DNA of 34,851 nucleotides from Planctomycetota bacterium. GTDB lineage: Bacteria; Planctomycetota; B15-G4; JADJEK01. Below, piece after piece: positions 11,501 through 18,667 of this stretch. The notes beneath the pieces are model-generated. The model saw only the letters and a list, made by a program, of their open reading frames with translations. It had not been told where the DNA came from and ran no database searches. The stretch's first letter is position 1. Each line of letters starts with the position of its first letter. The stretch spans positions 1 through 34,851 of the forward strand of contig JBGAIQ010000057.1 in assembly GCA_044225365.1 (NCBI GenBank). The letters are read 5' to 3'. The position numbers and the translations under genes were made by a program.

Positions 11501-11705
11501 AGAGCCGATCGTGCTCGACGTCGGCTCGTTCGATCCGCGCGAAGCCCACGGCAGCGACGTGATCCCGGAGTTCCGTCCAGGGCGATATCGCGTCGAGATG
11601 AGCGTGAAGGAAGACGACGCGCCCGAGCGGCGGCTCGCGGTGTCCGTCGCAGAGATCGAGGTGATCGCGGGGAAGACCAGTGAGGTCGTCTTGGTGGCGC
11701 CCTGA
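8523..11705 (+). CDS. ECF sigma factor-TM-carboxypeptidase regulatory-like repeat fusion, copy 3 (different ECF subtype, intact sigma4)
   Basis: Sigma2 LLRERAWLVGLARSL..TAEDLVQEA; canonical sigma4 LDEPYRRTVMLRYFRG..TIAAEEGVAAATIDTRLHRA; TM SLVVGLVLVVASGLGVL; beta-sandwich repeats. Start ATG 8523 (GTG 8514 possible). Confidence 0.9.
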   Translation: MDPNPRPDPRSSERAASFDVEALLRERAWLVGLARSLGSDDATAEDLVQEALVQTIARPPRALGSPRAFLATVLRRVALKIGRGESRRRAREVASARSERLPDSGTLAAEVEAQRAVVEAVLALDEPYRRTVMLRYFRGVETKTIAAEEGVAAATIDTRLHRAIGKLRARLDKRFGDRAAWRAPLLLAAAALAVDKAAVAGTIVKSAASASKWSSPAGLAGSGGVSTFGKSLVVGLVLVVASGLGVLTWRRAHDESRSTLTTLATDDSTARSLDRRDDVAGSSAPRAPFPVPERESVKSNDGASTPAGDAADGGIIDLVDAGGRPISGASLVFLDAPQDAAAILKTDESGHVSFPRNALGSRRLVVAAASRAPRIVDCVLRLGENRIEIDGGFALAGRVRVNGHEPRSPLRLSFEYAAGFPEFATDSSELPTGIANLLQSLTTETASDGSFEFGGLPSDTHGEVRFDPWAYYVNEDSKQSLVVASPAQNVVIDLDEYQRIKGIVIDSQGRGVAAASVVIQVLESGLNVVTIRRTTTDTGEFDAHLGYHLDRHRRYTGQVAIEDPERIRHRQLDFSIVEESVIDLGSIALADSVYVEFQVVDENGNPLSGVIGYRRQGLGAPSKPTDESGLGGLTIAKNTDERDRCWFATPGREIVESTLAAGQVTRVIMQRASEIELSLARRDGADVGTCFAELVTLGERPLADPSKDLPPPALEGQSEVFRGAHCTRCSMEDGNACFGFEVTSGISWLRRIRPNVRFDLVIRSTADVELYRSRDLILDPGETRKVFVTIDTVGRALFVHVLDPSGNPVCDAEVVIERGIDVSSPRGLTDTSGTVAFLDVAESIAIVSVRARGYPVSKKAIDVATLSGLPLEIRLEAGRGVELSIVDVNGRAIEDGAAVRGGIDSEDDQEFVVLDTRSRELGGGRYAFDELPATGRLRFEVTLGGVVYSLVHDSPAPTATLVVPAQGRVRLSWDLDLKTNYLPFYRFVPIGGGEPIVLDVGSFDPREAHGSDVIPEFRPGRYRVEMSVKEDDAPERRLAVSVAEIEVIAGKTSEVVLVAP

Positions 11706-11731
11706 ACGAGGAGAGGCCTTGCGCTACGACA

Positions 11732-14700
11732 TCAACGAGGTGTCGGCAATGCGAGATCCACGGTATTTCCCGCGCGAACGACGATTCGACCGGATTGCGT
11801 GGTGTCGACGTCCGGCGAGGCGCCGCGCGACGCCCGCGTAAGAGTCCAATTCCAGATTCCGGGCGCGAGCGGAACGGCGTCGCTCGTTGACTTGCGCTCC
11901 GCCGTACCGAAGCCGATCCACTTCGCGCCGCCGCCCTCGCGCGTGAGTCGCACCTCGAGGGTGCCCGTCGGATACTGATCAGCGCCCAGCACGCGCAAGC
12001 TCCCCGGCGCCTGCGCGACGATCTCGAACACGTTCTCGCCCCCGGCGCGCACCTCGATGTCGCGTTGTCCGAGTAGCACCTCACTCTCGAAAGCGAGCAC
12101 GAGCGCGCCGAGCGGGACGCTCTCGAACGCGAATTCCGCCTTGCCGCGCAGCGGATTCCATGCGGGCTTCGCGTCGGGTTCATCGATTCCGTCGAGCCGC
12201 AGACAGCGCACGTTCCCGCTCGCGAGCGCGGCTTGCAGTGTCGCGGCATCGACGCCCTCGCCGGCGACGATCCGCCCACGGATGTTCGTGCCATGCTGCA
12301 TGACGACGCGCACTCGAACGAGCTTGTCGGTCGGCGCGACGTCGAAGTCGACGCAGGTGGAGGGATACCCGTCGCAATCGACACGCGCTCGCTTGGCGCC
12401 GGCCTGCACGGACGAGAATCGCGCAAAGCCCACTCCGCGCTCGTCGGCACTCGTCAACGATCGCGGCGAGCCCGGCAACGCGGGCCGATCACCGTAATAC
12501 GCGGCCTTCGCCTCGAGCGGAGTGTCCGTCGCGCCGTCGAGGATCTCGAGTTCGACCTTCGCCGCGGAGTCGCGAATTCGCTGTCCCACGACTCGCACCG
12601 AGGCATCGCCTCCATGGACGACGAGGTCGAGCGATCGCGCCACCCATGAATGCTCACCAGGGAGGTCGACCTGCATCGCCCACTCGCCCGCTGTCGCATT
12701 GGGAAATCGAAAGGACCCGTCGGATTCCGTGCGCGGGCGGTCCATCGCTACCCATTCGTCGGTGCGGGGGCGATGGAGGATCACGGACGCGTTCTCGACC
12801 GGCGCGCCGGAATCGTCGACGACGATTCCCGAGACCGGCGTCGCGCGCCTTGCGACGAGAACGACGCCATCGAGATCGCGATCCGCCGGCACGGTCACCT
12901 CGATCGGACGGGCCGAGATTCCCTCGGCTTCGAGGTGAAGGGCCGTCGCGACTTCGCCCTCGACTCCGTCCAAAAGGAATCGTCCTGTTGCGTCCGTCGT
13001 CGCCTCGCCTTCGTTCGCTTTCTCGAACACGCGCTGCGAGTAGCGATGAACCACGACGCCCGCGACGGGTTTGCCCTCTTCGTCCTCGACCCGGCCTCGA
13101 ATCGCGAAGAGTCGCAGCGTTCGCAGAACGGCTCTCTCATGGACAGGAGTCGTCGTCGATTCGACAGCGTCCACATACCACCGGAAGTAGCCATCCTTCG
13201 CGACCACGATCGCGTGCGGAAATCCCGCGGGCAACGCATGGAACTCCGCATGACCACGCGGGTCGGTCCGAACGCGAAACGTCGCGACGCGTTCGCGGCC
13301 GGGCGCGAGCCAGAGCGCACGCACGGGGCGATCGCCGCGCTTCAGCACTTCCTCGAGGCTCCAGTCGAACGCAACGTAGGGATCGCGAATCGGCAATGCA
13401 TCGACCGTCGCGCCTTCGACGGGCTTGCCCGTTTCGTCGACGACATCGACCTCGATCGTTCCCGGCGGGGCAAGCTGTATGTCCTCGTCGATGACGCGGC
13501 GCGCGTCCGCGAGCACGTCGAGCGACAACGCGCCGCAACCTCGGGACGAGATCGCATAGATCTGCCACTTGAAGCCGCCGCTCGGGACCACGTGCGGAAT
13601 CGAATAGGATCCGTCCGCATTCGACTCTCCAACCGGCCGAGCTTGGTCGAGGAAGAACTTCGGATACGACATGGGGTGGGCGTGGAGAAACATCTTCGCT
13701 CCCGCGACCGGAGCGCCGCTCGCGTCGGTCACGCGTCCACGAATCGTTGCGCCGCGCACGAGTTCGATATCACCGAGATTCGAGCCATCCCGGTCGATTC
13801 CCTTGCTCGGCGTATCGACCGATCGCCACCACACGGCGTAGTCGTCGCTCTCGATTCGCAACTGCATCGGAAAGTGAGCGTTCTCGATCGTGAAGCGCCC
13901 GCTCGAGTCCGAGCGGGCCGCGTCGGCGGGGATTGCGAAGGGATCGATGTCGGGCGCGCACGGAAAGCACGCGGCATTTGCGATGGGCGAACCGGTTTCG
14001 GCGTCGAGGATACGGCCGACGGCTCGCGGGCCGAGATGGAGTGCCACGGGCCGAGCGACGCCGTCGAGGGGGCTCGCGGCGATCGCGGCGCGGCTCGGTC
14101 CAGAATCGGGCGCCGTTCCGACCTCGACCTTCGGTTCGTCGAGTTGCACATTCGTCGGAGAAGTGAGCTCGGAACGGTTGCTGGTCCATGCGAAACGGAC
14201 AGCTAGGAGCAGAGCGACGACCACCCCCAAGGCGGCGAACTTCTTCAACGACGTGCCCACGACGAGGCCTCCGATCGAAACAGACGAGAGCGATGCCGCG
14301 GACTTCCCGAGCGGCGGGGCGGCGAGTCTTCCGACGACGCGCCGCCGTACGGCGGCTAGCGCGCGGCGATCGAGCGCCGACGCGAACAGGATTCCGAGGA
14401 GCGAGGGCGGCAGCAGGCGGCGAAGCCGTTGAACGGCGCGATGCAGCCGCATGCGCAACGCGCTCTCGCCGACGCCGGCGCGATCGCCGCGATCCCAGCG
14501 ATCCCAGCGATCCCAGCGATCCATGCTGGCGAGGCGCGACAGGACCTCGCGGCGATACGGGTCGGGCAGATCTCGGATCGCCCCCGCGACCGCGGCGCGA
14601 CGCTCCAAATCGACGAGACCTTCGAGCAGGTGCGGATCGCGCGCGATCTCGGGCGCGGGTCGGCCCTGCTCGCGCGCTTTGCGCCGGGCCGCGTTCTTCG

Positions 14701-14947
14701 CATGACCCGCGAGGATCCCGACGAGCCATGCCATCAACGAGCGGCTCGGGTCGAACGCGCTCGCGCGCTCGATTGCGGTCAGGAACGTCGCCTGGACGAG
14801 GTCGTCCGCATCCGCGCGCCGCTGCCCGATCCGCCGCGCCACGGCGAGCAGCGCCGGCGCCGCGCGATCGAACACCCTCGCGAACGCGGCGGCATCGCCG
14901 TGATCGCTGAATCGGGCGAAGAGCGACTCGAGACTCTCGGGTTCCAT
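11732..14947 (-). CDS. ECF sigma factor-TM-carboxypeptidase regulatory-like repeat fusion, copy 4 (1071 aa)
   Basis: DADDLVQATFLTAIERA..FDPSR; LKKF plus TM; repeated GRVxD units; closely parallels copies 1, 2 and 5. Confidence 0.9.
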   Translation of the reverse strand: MEPESLESLFARFSDHGDAAAFARVFDRAAPALLAVARRIGQRRADADDLVQATFLTAIERASAFDPSRSLMAWLVGILAGHAKNAARRKAREQGRPAPEIARDPHLLEGLVDLERRAAVAGAIRDLPDPYRREVLSRLASMDRWDRWDRWDRGDRAGVGESALRMRLHRAVQRLRRLLPPSLLGILFASALDRRALAAVRRRVVGRLAAPPLGKSAASLSSVSIGGLVVGTSLKKFAALGVVVALLLAVRFAWTSNRSELTSPTNVQLDEPKVEVGTAPDSGPSRAAIAASPLDGVARPVALHLGPRAVGRILDAETGSPIANAACFPCAPDIDPFAIPADAARSDSSGRFTIENAHFPMQLRIESDDYAVWWRSVDTPSKGIDRDGSNLGDIELVRGATIRGRVTDASGAPVAGAKMFLHAHPMSYPKFFLDQARPVGESNADGSYSIPHVVPSGGFKWQIYAISSRGCGALSLDVLADARRVIDEDIQLAPPGTIEVDVVDETGKPVEGATVDALPIRDPYVAFDWSLEEVLKRGDRPVRALWLAPGRERVATFRVRTDPRGHAEFHALPAGFPHAIVVAKDGYFRWYVDAVESTTTPVHERAVLRTLRLFAIRGRVEDEEGKPVAGVVVHRYSQRVFEKANEGEATTDATGRFLLDGVEGEVATALHLEAEGISARPIEVTVPADRDLDGVVLVARRATPVSGIVVDDSGAPVENASVILHRPRTDEWVAMDRPRTESDGSFRFPNATAGEWAMQVDLPGEHSWVARSLDLVVHGGDASVRVVGQRIRDSAAKVELEILDGATDTPLEAKAAYYGDRPALPGSPRSLTSADERGVGFARFSSVQAGAKRARVDCDGYPSTCVDFDVAPTDKLVRVRVVMQHGTNIRGRIVAGEGVDAATLQAALASGNVRCLRLDGIDEPDAKPAWNPLRGKAEFAFESVPLGALVLAFESEVLLGQRDIEVRAGGENVFEIVAQAPGSLRVLGADQYPTGTLEVRLTREGGGAKWIGFGTAERKSTSDAVPLAPGIWNWTLTRASRGASPDVDTTQSGRIVVRAGNTVDLALPTPR
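14480..14524. repeat. In-frame 9-bp tandem repeat (GCGATCCCA x3 plus two degenerate flanking units) encoding DRWDRWDRWDRGDR inside sigma4 of copy 4
   Basis: Read directly; exact units at 14489-14515. Confidence 0.9.
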
Positions 14948-14956
14948 CGAGAGTGC

Positions 14957-14982
14957 ATTGTCGCGAGTTCCCTCGGCGTCAC
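14957..14982 (-). promoter_or_regulatory. Conserved promoter-like motif GTGAC-N15-GACAAT
   Basis: GTGACgccgagggaactcgcGACAAT, then 9 nt to ATG 14947. Confidence 0.7.
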
Positions 14983-15010
14983 CGAGAAAACGCGGGGCGA
15001 TCGCGACGAT

Positions 15011-18000
15011 TCAATGCGGCGGCGCGGGCAACGCGATCTTCGACGTCTCCCCGGCGCGAACTTCGATTGTGCCCTCCGCGATCGAGGGCAATTGGAAGAG
15101 ATCGGATGGAGCCGCCGCACCAGGCTTCGCAAAGACGAGGCTCCAACGATAGGTTCCCGGCGCGAGCGTCGTGCTCGAGTCCCTCGCGTCTTGCCCGTTC
15201 GACCCGAGGAGGATCCAACCGTCGGCGGCGTCGTCGCAACTCAGGCGCACCAGGAGTCGGGACCGACCGAACGTCGCGGCGCCTTCCGTTTTCACGATTC
15301 CCGGACGGACCGCGTGGATCTCGACGACGCTCTCCTCGCCGGGCTGCGCCACGAGTCGGGTGCTGCCGATCAAGTTCTCGGCACTCATCTGCACGAAGAT
15401 CTCGCCGCTCGGGGCCTGGTCGAAGTGGAACTCCAGCGAACCGTTCAACTCGATGGATCCCGGCGCGAAGTCGCCGTTGTTGACGATCGCGGGGCGGTCC
15501 CTGCGGCCGCCCGTGATCGTCGCGTGGACCAACGCGGCGCGCAGTTCCTGGCGCGAGAGACCGGACGCCGTGATCGTTCCGCGCACGCGCGCAGCCGGCG
15601 CAACGAGGAGCTGGCATCGAACGAGCGTGTCGCTCGGCGCGACGTCGATGTCGAGGAATGCGACGGGGTGTCCCTCGCACCGCACGCGCAGGCGCCACGC
15701 TCCGGGCTTGCAATGCAGGATCCGTACGAGACCGCGCTCGCGTTCCGCATCCTCTCGACCCGTGCCGACATAGTCCTTCGAATCCGAGCGCGGACCGAAG
15801 AGGACTTCGATGGGATCGATCGGGAGACGAGAGACGGAATCGAGGAGCTCGACTTCGACCTGCGCGCGACCGGGCGTGTCGTGGACGACGACGAGCCGTA
15901 CGTTGCGGTCGCCGGCATCGACGTCGATCGCGGCGGTCTTGTCGACCCAGTCGCTGCGTGGCCCGGGAGCGCCGGCGGTCACGCTCCAACGGCCCGCCGT
16001 GACGTTCGAGATCGTGAAGTGGCCCTCGGCATCGGTGAACATCTTGTCTGCCGACAGATACGTTTCGCCGCGATGGGCCATCACTCCCGCATCCGGAATC
16101 GGTTTGCCGCTCTCGTCCACGACGACGCCCGCGATCGGGAGCGCCGCACTTGCCACGAGCACGAGATCGCAGAGATCATGGTCGTCCGGAACTCTCACGT
16201 GCAACGGCTGACGCGCGATGCCGGGTGCGCCGACGCAGAGATCCATCTCCTCCGCCGCTTTCATCGGGTCGAATCGAAATCGCCCCAATGCATCGCACGT
16301 CATCTCGTCGATCTTCGGTGACACGTCGCATTGATAGGTGCCGTAGCGCTCGATCATTGCACCGGGGAGCGGTCTACCGTCCGTATCAACGACCTTCCCG
16401 CCGATCGCGAACCTGTTCGCGGGAAGCAGTGTTGCCCGCAGTCGGGTCGGCTTGCCCGCTGAGAGTCGAACGACGTCCGCGAACCACGGAATGAAGTCGG
16501 TCTTGGAGGCATGCACCGCGCAGGGGAGGTCGGAGGGCAGCGCGAGGATCGTCGCATGGCCCGCGGCATCCGTCACTGCGCGCAACGGTGCGGGCAGATG
16601 CGGATCATTGGCGAGATGGAGGATGCGGGCTTCTTTCGAGTGATCGCCTGGAAACGCGGCGATCGCGAGATTGCCATAGACGAACGGCTCGACGATCGGC
16701 GCGGCGCCGATGGTGACGCCCTCGACCGGCTTGCCTACAGGATCGACGACCTCGATCTCGATCGGGCCCGACGGTGCGAGCCGCAATTCGACATCGAGCG
16801 GGTGCTCCGATCCGGGGACGACGTGGAGCAGTGCCGCAGCCGATCCTTGATTCGTGATCGCGAAGAGCCGCGAAGGGAACGCCCCGCTCGGCGGAACCTG
16901 CGCGAGTTCGAACGTGCCATCCGAAGCGGAGCGCCCGACGGAACGTGCGCGGCTTGGGAAGAACGACGACGTGTAGAGCGGTCCGTCGTAGACCAGGAGT
17001 GGAGCGTCGGGGAAGGGCTGACCCTTTTGATCGACGACGCGTCCGCGGACTGCGCCGCCACGAGGCAGACGCAGGTCGCCGACGTCGACGCCCTCGTGTC
17101 GCGCAATCGTGTCGCCGGGCCAGTCGATCCGCTGCGCGAGCGGGGCGTAATCGGCGGAGACGATGCAGGTGAAGTCGATGAGTCGGGGAACGTTCGAGAT
17201 CGTGAACCTGCCGTCCGAATCCGTTCTCACGCAGTTCGGAGGTAGCTCGAACGATCGAGGAGCGCTGCTCGAGACGAAGCACGCGGCGTTCGCGACCGGT
17301 GAGCCCGTCGCCGAATCGATCACCCGACCGCGAACCGTGAACCCCTGCGCATCGCCGATTGGAGGAAGCGCTGCATCCGTATGGGTCGCGGCCGTGATAT
17401 CGCGCGTCGAGGTAGTCGGTTCGTTCGTGGCTTCGCTCTGGGCTTCGTTCTGGGCGGGCGTCGCGATCACGGGGGCGATCGACGGGACATCGTCCCGCGA
17501 TTCCGAAGTCGCGACCTGTCGCGTGGCGATCGCAATCCAAGTCGCTGCGATCACGACGAGCACGACCGCAGCGGCGAACTTCTTCATCATGATGCCGGCT
17601 CCCAATCCTGTCGCCCCGAACGTGGCCGCGATTCCCTTCGAACCCAACGCCCGTTCGAGCACGCGAACTCGAATCTCTGCGAGGGAACGATCTCCGCGGA
17701 GCAGGATCCCTCCCGCGAACGACTCACGGGGGAGCAACTTCCGCAGGAGCGCGATCCCCCGATGGATCCGCGTGCGAAGCGTTCCCGCGTGCGCTTCGGC
17801 TTCATGATCCTTTGCGTTCCAGCGCGTCGCGACCGCGCTGCGGAACGGCTCGGGAAGCGCGTCGATGGCAGCGAGGACGGCGGTGCGTTCTTCGGCCCCG
17901 ATCATGGCTTCGAGCGGCGGGGGATCGTGAGCGATGGCGTCGTCTCGATCCGCGATCGGGGCGTTCGTGCGCCGCGCCTGGTTCTTCGCGTGATGGGCGA

Positions 18001-18235
18001 GGATGCCGATGAGCCAGGGCATGAGACGCATCTTCGAGTCGAATGTCGTCGCGCGCTCGATCGCCGTCACGAAAGTGGCCTGGACGAGGTCGTCGGCGTC
18101 GCCGCGAATTCTCGAGAGTCGCCATGCCACCGCGCGCAGCGGCGGGGCCGCGCGATCGAAGAGAGTCGCGAACGCGCCCGCGTCACCGTGATCGCGGTAA
18201 GCGACAAAGAGTGACTCGAGTGTTCGTTCGTCCAT
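15011..18235 (-). CDS. ECF sigma factor-TM-carboxypeptidase regulatory-like repeat fusion, copy 5 (~1074 aa)
   Basis: Start reset to MDERTLESLF (ATG 18235), which aligns with MEPESLESLF of copy 4. DADDLVQATFVTAIERA; MMKK plus TM. Confidence 0.9.
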   Translation of the reverse strand: MDERTLESLFVAYRDHGDAGAFATLFDRAAPPLRAVAWRLSRIRGDADDLVQATFVTAIERATTFDSKMRLMPWLIGILAHHAKNQARRTNAPIADRDDAIAHDPPPLEAMIGAEERTAVLAAIDALPEPFRSAVATRWNAKDHEAEAHAGTLRTRIHRGIALLRKLLPRESFAGGILLRGDRSLAEIRVRVLERALGSKGIAATFGATGLGAGIMMKKFAAAVVLVVIAATWIAIATRQVATSESRDDVPSIAPVIATPAQNEAQSEATNEPTTSTRDITAATHTDAALPPIGDAQGFTVRGRVIDSATGSPVANAACFVSSSAPRSFELPPNCVRTDSDGRFTISNVPRLIDFTCIVSADYAPLAQRIDWPGDTIARHEGVDVGDLRLPRGGAVRGRVVDQKGQPFPDAPLLVYDGPLYTSSFFPSRARSVGRSASDGTFELAQVPPSGAFPSRLFAITNQGSAAALLHVVPGSEHPLDVELRLAPSGPIEIEVVDPVGKPVEGVTIGAAPIVEPFVYGNLAIAAFPGDHSKEARILHLANDPHLPAPLRAVTDAAGHATILALPSDLPCAVHASKTDFIPWFADVVRLSAGKPTRLRATLLPANRFAIGGKVVDTDGRPLPGAMIERYGTYQCDVSPKIDEMTCDALGRFRFDPMKAAEEMDLCVGAPGIARQPLHVRVPDDHDLCDLVLVASAALPIAGVVVDESGKPIPDAGVMAHRGETYLSADKMFTDAEGHFTISNVTAGRWSVTAGAPGPRSDWVDKTAAIDVDAGDRNVRLVVVHDTPGRAQVEVELLDSVSRLPIDPIEVLFGPRSDSKDYVGTGREDAERERGLVRILHCKPGAWRLRVRCEGHPVAFLDIDVAPSDTLVRCQLLVAPAARVRGTITASGLSRQELRAALVHATITGGRRDRPAIVNNGDFAPGSIELNGSLEFHFDQAPSGEIFVQMSAENLIGSTRLVAQPGEESVVEIHAVRPGIVKTEGAATFGRSRLLVRLSCDDAADGWILLGSNGQDARDSSTTLAPGTYRWSLVFAKPGAAAPSDLFQLPSIAEGTIEVRAGETSKIALPAPPH

Positions 18236-18243
18236 CGCGAGGT

Positions 18244-18269
18244 ATTGTCGCGAATGCTCGGAGCGTTCC
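18244..18269 (-). promoter_or_regulatory. Conserved promoter-like motif GGAAC-N15-GACAAT
   Basis: GGAACgctccgagcattcgcGACAAT, then 8 nt to ATG 18235. Confidence 0.7.
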
Positions 18270-18290
18270 CACGATTCGAAGAAGATCGTC

Positions 18291-18455
18291 GCGGGCGGCG
18301 GCAGCTCGATGTCGGTGATCTCGCCCGCTTTCAAGTCCACGGCTCCGCAGCAGGCGACGGGCAGCCATCGCCAAGGGGTAGGGGCGTCGGTCTCAAAGGT
18401 GAAGCGGCCGGCGTAGCATTGAGATCGCATCAGTCCAAGTCGGACGTCGAGACGA
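18291..18455 (-). pseudogene. Remnant C-terminus of a sixth ECF-fusion paralog
   Basis: LDVRL..AGRFTFE..GAVDLKAGEITDIELPPPA resembles the paralog ends (GTIEVRAGETSKIALPAPPH; GSLTVVPGETFDLELPAAK) and sits at the usual ~55-63 nt tandem spacing. Confidence 0.55.
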
Positions 18456-18667
18456 GAATTCGCCCGCGCGCTTCCCGAAGGGCCGCATCCTCTTGGACTC
18501 CAGGCCCTGTGGGCGTTACGATTCCTGCGCTGAGTGGCGCCATTGAATCGAGGGATCGTCCTCTCTCGGTCTACGATCGGCCGTATCCGCTGCGAGTGCG
18601 CGAGCGCTCGTGGGGGCGGTTGCTCGAGAGGGGATGAGGACGATCGCACGTCGGAAGAGGATTCATC

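Noticed and set aside
2101-18235. Diversity-generating retroelement acting on the paralog C-termini
   Set aside because: No reverse transcriptase and no near-identical template/variable repeat pair seen.
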